Shown one piece after another: positions 45,232 through 54,398 of a stretch of 64,000 nucleotides of DNA (position 1 is the first letter of the stretch; each line of letters starts with the position of its first letter). The DNA is from Candidatus Bathyarchaeota archaeon (GTDB taxonomy: Archaea; Thermoproteota; Bathyarchaeia; Bathyarchaeales; WUQV01): positions 3,827-67,826 of the forward strand of contig JAGGVF010000008.1 of NCBI GenBank assembly GCA_021158125.1. Reading direction: 5' to 3'. The translations under genes and the position numbers were made by a program. The notes beneath the pieces were generated by a model that saw nothing but the letters and a program-made list of their open reading frames with translations, searched no databases and was not told the origin of the DNA.

Positions 45232-48021
45232 TTGAAAACGTTTCCGGAGAATGAGTATCACCTACCATTTTTCGATGAGCAAGGTTATGTTAGAAAAAAA
45301 TGTCCAAGATGCGGAGAATATTTTTGGACGCTTAACCCAGATCAGGAACTCTGCGGAGAATCGACAAGTGCTGGTTGCGCAACTTATACGTTTATTGGAA
45401 AGCCCCCAACAAACAGAAAGTTTAGCGTAAGGGAAATGCGTGAAGCTTTCCTTTCCTTCTTTGAAAGGCACGGTCATGAAAGGATTAGGCCTTACCCAAT
45501 AGTGGCACGTTGGAGAGACGACCTCTACTTTACGCATGCCAGCATAATAGATTTTCAGCCTTACGTTACTGAAGGGATAATTCCGCCTCCAGCCAACCCG
45601 CTCGTCATATGTCAACCATGCCTACGTTTCGTCGACATAGACAATGTAGGTCCAACCTTTGGAAGACACCTAACAATTTTTGAAATGGGAGGCCATCATG
45701 CGTTCAACTACCCAGACAAGGAAGTTTACTGGAAAGATCAAACGGTGCGTTATCACCATGAATTCGTAACAGAGATTCTAGGAGTTTCACCTGAAGAAGT
45801 AATTTACAAGGAAGGAGTTTGGATAGGTGGAGGAAACGCTGGGCCAGACCTAGAAACAATCATTGGAGGATTGGAAGTTGCAACGCTTGTCTTCATGAAC
45901 TACAAGGTTGTAAACGGAAAATTCATGCAGCTATCCATAAGAACGGTTGATACTGGCTACGGGATTGAACGTTACGCTTGGCTTTCGCAAGGAGCCTTAA
46001 GCGGTTTCCACGTGATTTATGGAAGACTTCTGGACAAAATTTTCAGTATGGCTGGGATAACAAATTTAGATGAAAAACTGCTCGGCGAAGTCAGCGTTTA
46101 CTCTGGAATGTTAAGCCTAGAAAAGGTTGCAAACAGATTGAAAGCTAGAAAAATAGTTGCTGAAAAAGTTGGAATAGACGTCAATGAACTTGACGGGTTT
46201 CTTTCCCCAATTGAGAACGTTTTTGCCGTGGCTGACCATACTAAGGCTTTGGCTTTTATGCTTGCAGAAGGTGTTGTTCCATCAAACGTTAGGGAAGGCT
46301 ACTTAGCCAGACTCCTAATCAGAAGAACTTACAGGCTTCTCAAACTTTTAGGAATAGAAGAAAGACTATTTGACATAGTTGACATGCAAATCGACTACTG
46401 GTCACCGGACTTTCCCCACCTCAAGGAGATGAGAGACAAAATTCTGGAAATGCTCACAGTTGAAAGAGAAAAGTATGAACAAACACTGCAGAGAGGCGGA
46501 ATGCTCATAAAACGAATAGCAAGAGAACTGAAAACAGAAGGAAAAGAGAAAATTCCAACCGAAACCCTCGTTGAACTTTACGATTCTCACGGTTTACCGC
46601 CTGAAATCGTTAAAGAATATGCAGAAAAAGAAAGCGTGAAGGCTGAAGTACCGGACAATTTCTATAGGATAGTCGCTGAAAGACATGTTCAAGCTCCAAA
46701 ACAGGCTGAAGACGAGTTCGTTAAGGCTCTAGAAGCGAAAGTTGAAGGGCTGCCAGAAACTCGAAGGCTCTATTATGAGGACCAGTACATGCGAAGGTTT
46801 AAAGCTAAAGTTCTCAAGGTAATTAACAAGAAATATGTCGTTTTAGATCAGACAGCCTTCTATCCTGAAGGAGGAGGTCAACCCTCGGATAGGGGCTGCT
46901 TACGATTTAACGGTGAAGAATGCGAGGTTGTAGACGTTCAGAAGGTTGGCAAAGTAATAGTTCATGAAGTAAAGGGTGAAAAGCTGCCTAGTGAAGGAGA
47001 AGATGTTGAAGGAGAAATCAGCTGGGATTGGCGATACAGCCTAATGAAGGCTCACACTGCAACGCATATCGTAATGGGTGCTGCACGTAGAGTTTTAGGT
47101 GAACATGTTTGGCAGTCTGGAACCCAAAAAGGAGTTGAAAGCTCAAGGCTTAACATATCGCATTATAAACGGCTAACATTCGAAGAAGTGAAGAAAATCG
47201 AGGAATTAGCCAACCAAGTCGTATTCCAGAACGTTCCAGTCGAAATAAAGTGGATGCCAAGAGGAGAAGCCGAAAAACTTTATGGATTCAGACTTTATCA
47301 AGGAGGAGCGGTTCCAGGAAAGGAAATACGTGTTGTAAAGGTTGGCGACTGGGAAGTTGAAGCTTGCGGAGGAACCCATGTTAAGAATACTGGCGAAATA
47401 GGCTTCATAAAAATAGTTCATACAGAAAGAGTCCAAGACGGTGTAGAAAGAATCGACTACAGCGTAGGCTTACAAGCAGTTAAGGCCGTTCAAAAAGAGG
47501 AAGAAATATTACGCAAAACAGCAGAGATACTCGAAGCCCCAATAGATAAACTCCCAAAAACCGCAGAAAAAATTCTAAACGAACTTAAAGAAACAAGAAA
47601 AAGAGAAAAACAACTACTTAAGGAGTTGGCGGAGAAAGAAACAGGAGTTTTTGCATTAACCGAAGAAACAGTCGAAATTGAAGGAATAAAAGTTGTAAAG
47701 AGAAAGTTTGACGACTTAAACATCGAAAGAATGATTCAAACAGCAAGCCAAACAATAAAGAAGGAACCAAAAACAGTCACATTGTTCTATGCTTCTGACG
47801 AGAAAACAGCTAGGATAGTTGTGATGGCTGGAAAAGAAGCCGTCGAAAAAGGAGTTCACGCAGGAGAAATAGCGAAAGCAGCTGCTTCGATAATTGGCGG
47901 CGGCGGAGGAGGAAGACCGGACTTTGCACAAGGAGGAGGAACAAAACCGGAAAAAATAGAAGAAGCAGTAAAAAAGGCAGAAGAAACCTTGCAAAAACAA
48001 CTGGTTAAAAATAAAAACTGA
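45232..48021 (+). CDS. alaS: Alanine--tRNA ligase
   Basis: Archaeal-type N-terminus (CPRCGEYFW), the editing-domain motif HTATH, and a C-terminal DHHA1 with GGGGGGRPDFAQGGG. TTG start with GGAGG upstream. Confidence 0.95.
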   Translation: MKTFPENEYHLPFFDEQGYVRKKCPRCGEYFWTLNPDQELCGESTSAGCATYTFIGKPPTNRKFSVREMREAFLSFFERHGHERIRPYPIVARWRDDLYFTHASIIDFQPYVTEGIIPPPANPLVICQPCLRFVDIDNVGPTFGRHLTIFEMGGHHAFNYPDKEVYWKDQTVRYHHEFVTEILGVSPEEVIYKEGVWIGGGNAGPDLETIIGGLEVATLVFMNYKVVNGKFMQLSIRTVDTGYGIERYAWLSQGALSGFHVIYGRLLDKIFSMAGITNLDEKLLGEVSVYSGMLSLEKVANRLKARKIVAEKVGIDVNELDGFLSPIENVFAVADHTKALAFMLAEGVVPSNVREGYLARLLIRRTYRLLKLLGIEERLFDIVDMQIDYWSPDFPHLKEMRDKILEMLTVEREKYEQTLQRGGMLIKRIARELKTEGKEKIPTETLVELYDSHGLPPEIVKEYAEKESVKAEVPDNFYRIVAERHVQAPKQAEDEFVKALEAKVEGLPETRRLYYEDQYMRRFKAKVLKVINKKYVVLDQTAFYPEGGGQPSDRGCLRFNGEECEVVDVQKVGKVIVHEVKGEKLPSEGEDVEGEISWDWRYSLMKAHTATHIVMGAARRVLGEHVWQSGTQKGVESSRLNISHYKRLTFEEVKKIEELANQVVFQNVPVEIKWMPRGEAEKLYGFRLYQGGAVPGKEIRVVKVGDWEVEACGGTHVKNTGEIGFIKIVHTERVQDGVERIDYSVGLQAVKAVQKEEEILRKTAEILEAPIDKLPKTAEKILNELKETRKREKQLLKELAEKETGVFALTEETVEIEGIKVVKRKFDDLNIERMIQTASQTIKKEPKTVTLFYASDEKTARIVVMAGKEAVEKGVHAGEIAKAAASIIGGGGGGRPDFAQGGGTKPEKIEEAVKKAEETLQKQLVKNKN

Positions 48022-48126
48022 CTTAAACACAATAATCTTTTAATGTAACTTCCGTATTTTATTGTTTGGTGCTTTAAATGAGGGATCGTTTCCTCTCAAG
48101 AGCCTAACAAAACCTTTAATAAGCAA

Positions 48127-51027
48127 ATGGCTAGTCCAGAAAGTTTTATGGAGTTTTTAAAAAAAGTCGAGGGCAAATGGCAAAAAAGATGGGAGCAAAA
48201 TCACGTCTTCGAAGCTGACCCAGACCCGGCTAAGCCGAAAATCTTTGTGACGTTTCCATACCCCTACATGAATGGGCCGCTCCACGTTGGACACGGCTTC
48301 ACAGCAACCCGCCTAGACGTTTACGCCCGCTTCAAAAGGATGCAAGGCTACAACGTACTTTTCCCATGGGCGTGGCACTGGACGGGAGGCCCACTGGCTG
48401 GAGCGAGCCAAAGAGTGAGAGAGGGAGACCAAAACTTCATAAGGGCATTAATGGAAATCGACGGAGTTCCAAAAGAGGAAATTGAAAAGTTCGTTGACCC
48501 AGTTTACATGGCAACTTACTACACGAAGGAAGGAAAAATCGCAGCTAAAAAAATGGGGTTCTCAATAGACTGGCGGAGAGAATTTCACACAACAAGCCCA
48601 ACCTTCAACAAGTTCATCGAATGGCAATACTTGAGACTAAGAGAGAAAGGCTACGTAACTAAGGGAACCCACCCGGTTGTTTGGTGTCCAAAATGTCAAA
48701 GCCCAACCGGCGACGCAGACCGCCAAGAAGGGGAAGGAGTAACACCAGAAGAATACACCCTAATCAAATTCCCATACGAAGACTCCTACTTAACGGCAGC
48801 CACGTTCAGACCGGAAACAATCTACGGAGTAACAAACCTTTGGGTCCATCCAGAAGCTAAATACGTCAAGGCTAAAGTTAACGGAGAAAAATGGATAATA
48901 AGCAAACAAGCAGCTGAAAAACTAAAAGAACAAGCAAAAAAGGTCGAGGTAATTTCAGAATTAAAAGGAAAGGAAATTATAGGAAGATACTGCTTGAACC
49001 CAGTTAACAGCAAGAAACTGCTAATCTTACCGGGATGGTTCGTTGACCCAACCCATGCAACAGGAGTAGTCTACAGTGTGCCAGCCCACGCACCCTACGA
49101 CTGGCTAGCACTAAAAGACTTAATGGAAAAACCAGAAATCCTAAAAGAGTACGGAATAAACCCAGCAGAAGTTAAAGCCATAAAGCCGATCTCTATGATT
49201 AAAGTTGAAGGCTTCGGTGAATACCCAGCCATCGAACTTGTCGAAAAACTCGGAGCAAAAAACCAGTATGACCCCAAAGCCGAAGAAGCAACAAAAATCA
49301 TTTATAAAAAGGAGTTTCATAGCGGACTTCTTAAGGAAAACTGCGCTGAATATGCCGGCAAACTTGTCAGAGAAGTTAAAGAAAAGCTAATTGAAGATTT
49401 TAAAGTAAAAGGCATAGCAGACTCCATGTACGACTTGCCCCAACGTGTAGTCTGCAGATGCATGACAGAATGCATAGTAAAAGTCCTCGAAGACCAGTGG
49501 TTTCTGAAATATTCAGATCCAAAATGGAAGGAAAAAGTCAAGGAAGCACTAAGTAGAATGAAAATTTACCCGGAAACCGCTAGACAGTGGTTCCTAGACG
49601 TAATAGACTGGCTTAAAGAATGGGCATGTGCAAGAAAAACCGGACTGGGCACACCGTTACCGTGGAACCCCGAATGGATAGTTGAAACCCTAAGCGACTC
49701 AACAATATATATGGCGTTTTACACAATAAACAAGCACATTAGACAACACGAAATAAAGCCGGAACAACTAACCCCGGAAGTCTTCGACTACATATTCTAC
49801 GGAAAAGGAGACAAAAACATAATCTCTTCAACAACGGGAGTAAAATCGGAAATACTGGAGGAAATGCGGAAAGAATTCCTATACTGGTACCCAGTTGACC
49901 TGCGAAACTCAGCTAAAGAACTTGTTCCAAACCACCTAACATTTTTCATATTCCACCACGTTGCATTGTTCCCGCCGGAACACTGGCCGAAAGCAGTAGG
50001 CGTAAACGGAATGCTGATGATAGAAGGAAAGAAAATGTCCAAGTCAAAAGGAAACTTCATAACTTTGAAAAACGCTGTTGAAGAGTACGGCGCAGATGCA
50101 ACAAGAATGGCGCTACTGCTCGGCGCAGAAGGCATGGACGACCCAGACTGGAGAAAAGAAAACCTAATCAACCTAAAAGGAAAAATAGAAGCCTTCTACA
50201 GATTCGCCGAAGAAATAATCGAAAACGCCAAAGAAGAAGATGAAACTCATCTAGAAAAGTGGCTTATAAGCAGAATTCAGAGAAAAATAAAGAAAATAAC
50301 AGATAACTTAGAAGTTCTCAAAACTAGAACAGCGCTTGACACAGCCTTCTTCGAAATATGGAACGACATAAGGTGGTATATAAGACGAAAGGGAACAACC
50401 AAAAACAAGGTTTTACTCAAAGTTTTAAACGTTTGGACACGGCTCTTAGCACCATTTGCACCTCACATATGCGAAGAAATATGGGAAAAAATGGGACAGA
50501 AAGGCTTCATATCACTCGCAGAATGGCCAACCTACCAAGCCGAAAAAGTTAATATAAAAGCGGAAGAAAACGAAGCCTTCATCCAAAACCTCCTCGAAGA
50601 TATCCACAATGTGATAAAAGCCACAAAAATAACACCCCGAAAAATACACTTTTACACAGCAGCCTCATGGAAATGGAAAGTTTTCCTAAAAGCAGTTGAA
50701 AAAGCCGTCTCCAAAGTTTTAACAATGAAAGAACTAATGGAAGAATTACTGAAAGACCCAGAACTAAAAAATAGGGCAAAGGAAACTTCAAAATTTGCGT
50801 CTCAGATAATCAATGAAGTAAACCAAATGCCCCTTGACAGAAAAGAAAAAATAATTCAGATAAAAGAAACAAACGAAGCTCAAATAATCACCGAAGCCAA
50901 AGACTTCTTTGAACAAGAGCTTAAAGTAAAAATTCATGTCTGGAAGGAAGAAGACAGAAATAAGTACGACCCTAAGAATAGGGCTTCGTTAGCCAAGCCT
51001 TACAGACCAGCAATCTACATGGAATAG
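48127..51027 (+). CDS. leuS: Leucine--tRNA ligase
   Basis: PYMNGPLHVGH (HIGH), KMSKSKGN (KMSKS), and a CP1 editing insertion. Confidence 0.95.
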   Translation: MASPESFMEFLKKVEGKWQKRWEQNHVFEADPDPAKPKIFVTFPYPYMNGPLHVGHGFTATRLDVYARFKRMQGYNVLFPWAWHWTGGPLAGASQRVREGDQNFIRALMEIDGVPKEEIEKFVDPVYMATYYTKEGKIAAKKMGFSIDWRREFHTTSPTFNKFIEWQYLRLREKGYVTKGTHPVVWCPKCQSPTGDADRQEGEGVTPEEYTLIKFPYEDSYLTAATFRPETIYGVTNLWVHPEAKYVKAKVNGEKWIISKQAAEKLKEQAKKVEVISELKGKEIIGRYCLNPVNSKKLLILPGWFVDPTHATGVVYSVPAHAPYDWLALKDLMEKPEILKEYGINPAEVKAIKPISMIKVEGFGEYPAIELVEKLGAKNQYDPKAEEATKIIYKKEFHSGLLKENCAEYAGKLVREVKEKLIEDFKVKGIADSMYDLPQRVVCRCMTECIVKVLEDQWFLKYSDPKWKEKVKEALSRMKIYPETARQWFLDVIDWLKEWACARKTGLGTPLPWNPEWIVETLSDSTIYMAFYTINKHIRQHEIKPEQLTPEVFDYIFYGKGDKNIISSTTGVKSEILEEMRKEFLYWYPVDLRNSAKELVPNHLTFFIFHHVALFPPEHWPKAVGVNGMLMIEGKKMSKSKGNFITLKNAVEEYGADATRMALLLGAEGMDDPDWRKENLINLKGKIEAFYRFAEEIIENAKEEDETHLEKWLISRIQRKIKKITDNLEVLKTRTALDTAFFEIWNDIRWYIRRKGTTKNKVLLKVLNVWTRLLAPFAPHICEEIWEKMGQKGFISLAEWPTYQAEKVNIKAEENEAFIQNLLEDIHNVIKATKITPRKIHFYTAASWKWKVFLKAVEKAVSKVLTMKELMEELLKDPELKNRAKETSKFASQIINEVNQMPLDRKEKIIQIKETNEAQIITEAKDFFEQELKVKIHVWKEEDRNKYDPKNRASLAKPYRPAIYME

Positions 51028-51034
51028 TAAAACG

Positions 51035-51487
51035 TCAAATGAATCCTCTAAATGCACGCAAGGTGGAGGAGTTAAGTCTTACATGATAGTTTCTACGTCC
51101 ACGTGCACTTGTTGTAACGTAGAAGTCCTCTCCCTTTTTCAAATTAGTTCCATAGAAGAAAGCTAGAATTGTCCGACAAATGTTGGTTGTTGTAAGTTTT
51201 TCGCTTTTCAGCTTCTCTTCAATTTCGCTTTGAAGCCTTCGAGGATTAATGGTATAAATGACTTCACTAGAACCAGCTTTATTATAGTGATGTTCCATAT
51301 CTCGGAGAATATGCTTAATCACATCGTAATAGGGATATCTTCTCTCTCTTATGAGATTAATATAATTAGATATGGGAACAGGTATCTCATTTTGAGGACG
51401 AGATATAGAAACCTCAGACAATAAGACCCCTTCCCCTATATAAATGAACCCTAAGCATAATTTAAAGTTTCGGAAAAGGTTCCACAT
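51035..51487 (-). CDS. Hypothetical protein
   Basis: 150-aa ORF divergent from the tRNA gene. No motif recognised. Confidence 0.4.
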   Translation of the reverse strand: MWNLFRNFKLCLGFIYIGEGVLLSEVSISRPQNEIPVPISNYINLIRERRYPYYDVIKHILRDMEHHYNKAGSSEVIYTINPRRLQSEIEEKLKSEKLTTTNICRTILAFFYGTNLKKGEDFYVTTSARGRRNYHVRLNSSTLRAFRGFI

Positions 51488-51500
51488 AAACTAAAAATTG

Positions 51501-51510
51501 TTATATTTAT
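51501..51510 (+). promoter_or_regulatory. TATA-box-like element for the tRNA-Arg gene
   Basis: TTATATTTAT centred about 27 nt upstream of tRNA position 1, with an A-rich BRE-like stretch just upstream. Confidence 0.4.
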
Positions 51511-51531
51511 GGCTACTACTGAAATACTGTA

Positions 51532-51620
51532 GGGCCCGTGGCGCAGCCTGGATAGCGCGTCGGCCTTCTAACACGGAAGAAAGCCGGAGATCCGGGGTTC
51601 AAATCCCCGCGGGCCCGCCA
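51532..51620 (+). tRNA. tRNA-Arg(UCU) with an 11-nt intron at the canonical 37/38 site and a genomically encoded CCA
   Basis: Hand-folded cloverleaf. Acceptor GGGCCCG/CGGGCCC, D arm GCGC-AGCCTGGATA-GCGC, anticodon stem TCGGC/GCCGG, loop CTTCTA[intron 51571-51581 ACACGGAAGAA]A, T arm CGGGG-TTCAAAT-CCCCG, discriminator G, CCA. Confidence 0.85.
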
Positions 51621-51729
51621 TTAACATGGCTGTGGAAACGCTTTGCTTATGCCTTTGACCGTTTGGCTTATCAAGTAAATCAGTACATTTAATTTTGACG
51701 ATGAAGCTATCCATCAACTGTGACCTTAA

Positions 51730-53685
51730 ATGGAAGTGAAAATTTCTAGTAATCCGTTTGCTGAATTACGTAAAGAATGCGAAGGCTTACTGCAGAAGGT
51801 CTTGGAGAAAAATTTTCCTAAGTTTTCTCTTAGGGTCACTTTAGATTTGCCTCCAAATCCAGAGTTTGGTGAACTTTCATCTTCAATCTGTTTTGAGTTG
51901 GCGAAGAGAGTAGGTGAAAATTCCAAACAGCTTGCGGAAAGATTTGTTAAAGATATTGATTTGTCCGATGCGCTTCTTGTTGAACGTGTTGAGGCTGCTG
52001 GGGGAGGTTACATAAATTTTTACGCTGATTATGCAGAGTTTTCTAGTTTAACTTTGGAGTCTGCTAGAAAAATTGATAAAGAATACGGCCTGATTAAAAC
52101 TGGTAGCCCTCGAAAGGTTATTGTTGAGCACACTAGTGTTAATCCTGTTCATCCAATACACGTTGGACAAGCTAGAAATCCTGTTCTTGGAGATGCGCTT
52201 GCGAGGATTTTGAAGGCTAGGGGTCACATCGTTTATAGGCACTATTATATTGATGATGTTGGAAGGCAAACAGCCGTAATAGCATATGGTTACAAGAAGC
52301 TTGGGAAACCGAAGCCGGAGGGAAAACCCGACCATTTTATAGGTGTAATCTATACGATAACGAATTGTATAGTTGAAATTCAGAGGTTAAAGAAGGAGAT
52401 TGAGGAGGCAAGGGAGAAGGCTGATAATAAAAAACTGCAGAAACTTCAACGTCAACTTGACGAATGGGCAGCGATAGCGGTAGAACTTGAAAACAGGTAT
52501 GGAAAAATTTTCAATAAGCTTCTAGATGAAATAATGAAGGATGAAAATCCGGAAGAAGAAATAAGTCGGCTTAACAGAAACTACGAAAGAGGAGAAGAGG
52601 AAGCCAAGAGACTTATAAGAGAAGTTTGTGAGCTCTGCCTTGACGGTTTTAGGCAAACTTTGGGCAGAGCTGAAATATTCTTTGACTCTTGGGACTGGGA
52701 AAGCGAACTAGCATGGGCAAGCAAAGTTCGAGATGTTGTTGCAAGGCTGGAAAAGACTCCTTACGTGTTCTATGAAGGCGGTGTTCTCGAATTTGACGCT
52801 GAAAAAGTTGCAAGGGACTTAAATTTGAAAAGAACTTTTGGAATAAAAGATGATTATGAGGTTCCTTCGCTTACTTTGATTAGGGCTGATGGCACAACTC
52901 TCTACACTACAAGGGATATCGCATACAGCATAGAGAAGCTCCGCAAGGCCGACTGGGTTATAAACGTAGTTGGGATGGAGCAGTCGCTTCCCCAACTGCA
53001 AATTAAGTTTGCGCTTTGCGCCCTCGGATACGTTGATTACGCAAAGAATTTGACGCATTTCGCATATAACTTGGTGACTTTGCCTGGATACAAGATGTCT
53101 AGTAGAAGGGGACGTTACATAACGTTTGATCAGGTGATGGATGAAGCTGTTGAAAAAGCTTTTCAGGAGGTTTCGAAGCGTTCTCCGCATTTGTCAGAGG
53201 AGAAGAGGCGAGAAATTTCAAATTTTGTTGGAATCGGCGCAGTTAAATATGCTCTAGTTGAAGTTGACCCTGTGAAGCCTGTTGTTTTCACTTGGGAGAG
53301 GGTTCTAAACTTTGAGAGGAACAGTGCGCCTTATATTCAGTATTCTCACGCAAGGGCTTGCAGTATTTTAAGGAAGGCTGGTAGAAAAGTGGAGAATCCA
53401 AATTATGCCTTGCTAACTCATGGATTAGAGAAAGAGCTTGTGCTAATGATTGCTAGATGGCCTGAAATTTTTGTGGATGCTGCTGAAAATCTTAAGCCTC
53501 ATGTTATAGCTGAATATGCAAACATTCTTGCAGACAAGTTTAACAGTTTTTATAATGCGTTACCAGTGATAAAGGCTAAACCAAAAGAGTTGGCCGACGC
53601 AAGACTTGCGCTTACAGAAGCCGTAAGAATAGTTTTGAGAAACGCATTAAATCTTATTGGCATTAAGGCGCCGGAGAGAATGTAG
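51730..53685 (+). CDS. argS: Arginine--tRNA ligase
   Basis: SVNPVHPIHVGQARN (HIGH region), KMSSRRG, and a C-terminal DALR anticodon-binding domain. Confidence 0.95.
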   Translation: MEVKISSNPFAELRKECEGLLQKVLEKNFPKFSLRVTLDLPPNPEFGELSSSICFELAKRVGENSKQLAERFVKDIDLSDALLVERVEAAGGGYINFYADYAEFSSLTLESARKIDKEYGLIKTGSPRKVIVEHTSVNPVHPIHVGQARNPVLGDALARILKARGHIVYRHYYIDDVGRQTAVIAYGYKKLGKPKPEGKPDHFIGVIYTITNCIVEIQRLKKEIEEAREKADNKKLQKLQRQLDEWAAIAVELENRYGKIFNKLLDEIMKDENPEEEISRLNRNYERGEEEAKRLIREVCELCLDGFRQTLGRAEIFFDSWDWESELAWASKVRDVVARLEKTPYVFYEGGVLEFDAEKVARDLNLKRTFGIKDDYEVPSLTLIRADGTTLYTTRDIAYSIEKLRKADWVINVVGMEQSLPQLQIKFALCALGYVDYAKNLTHFAYNLVTLPGYKMSSRRGRYITFDQVMDEAVEKAFQEVSKRSPHLSEEKRREISNFVGIGAVKYALVEVDPVKPVVFTWERVLNFERNSAPYIQYSHARACSILRKAGRKVENPNYALLTHGLEKELVLMIARWPEIFVDAAENLKPHVIAEYANILADKFNSFYNALPVIKAKPKELADARLALTEAVRIVLRNALNLIGIKAPERM

Positions 53686-54363
53686 CTATTCTGGTGCACC
53701 TTCGATTATTGTTACCGCCGTGCTTGTTCCTATGCGGTTGGCTCCAGCTTCAATCATTTTTACGGCGTCTTCGTAGGTTCTTATTCCTCCGGCTGCTTTA
53801 ACTCCAAAATTTTCGCCGACTGTTTTTCGCATTAGGCGGATATCTTCAACTGTTGCTTTTCCAAAGGTTCCAACGGAGGTTTTAACGAAGTCTGCTCCGG
53901 CTTCCTTAACGAGTTTACATGCAGTTATTTTTTCTTTTTCTGTTTTTAATAGGCCGGTTTCAATAATTACCTTCACTATGACGTCTGGCTTCGGTTTTTT
54001 AGCTGCTGAAACTACGGCTTCTATGTCTCTCTTTACAAGTTCGTAGTCTTTTGATTTGAAAGCGCTTATGTTCATGACCATGTCTATTTCCTGCGCTCCG
54101 AGGTCGATTATTCTTTTAGCTTCGTAGGCCTTAACCTCTGGAAGCGTGGCTCCATAAGGGAAGCCGACAGTTGAGCAAACTTTAATTTCAGTGCCCTTAA
54201 CGAGCTGGACAACTAATGGAACATATGCTGGATTAACAACTACGCATCCAAAACAGTACTTTTTCGCGTCTTGGCAGAGCTTGATTATCTGCTCTTTAGT
54301 TGCGTCGGGTTTTATGTTTGTGGAATCAATCATTTTTGCCAGTTCTGCTCTTGAAATTTTCAT
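53686..54363 (-). CDS. deoC: Deoxyribose-phosphate aldolase
   Basis: VVNP..VCSTVGFPYG..DMV..KVIIETGLL..FVKTSVGT (Schiff-base Lys region). The stop abuts the argS stop with no spacer. Confidence 0.9.
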   Translation of the reverse strand: MKISRAELAKMIDSTNIKPDATKEQIIKLCQDAKKYCFGCVVVNPAYVPLVVQLVKGTEIKVCSTVGFPYGATLPEVKAYEAKRIIDLGAQEIDMVMNISAFKSKDYELVKRDIEAVVSAAKKPKPDVIVKVIIETGLLKTEKEKITACKLVKEAGADFVKTSVGTFGKATVEDIRLMRKTVGENFGVKAAGGIRTYEDAVKMIEAGANRIGTSTAVTIIEGAPE

Positions 54364-54398
54364 TTTACATACCTACTTGATGTTGTTTTAGCTCTTAT

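Noticed and set aside
51035-51487. Orphan 150-aa ORF beside the tRNA gene as a possible remnant of an integrated element
   Set aside because: No integrase, no duplicated tRNA 3' end nearby, and the flanking genes are leuS and argS. It is kept as a hypothetical CDS only.
51498-51692. 64-aa track ORF covering the tRNA-Arg gene
   Set aside because: It lies entirely over a well-folding tRNA cloverleaf and its promoter. It is an artefact of the GC-rich tRNA sequence.
51621-51729. Possible C/D-box sRNA (..CGATGAAGC..CTGTGA..) between tRNA-Arg and argS
   Set aside because: The boxes are imperfect (CGAUGA rather than UGAUGA; CUGUGA) and the spacing is too short for guide regions. More likely this is the argS promoter or leader.
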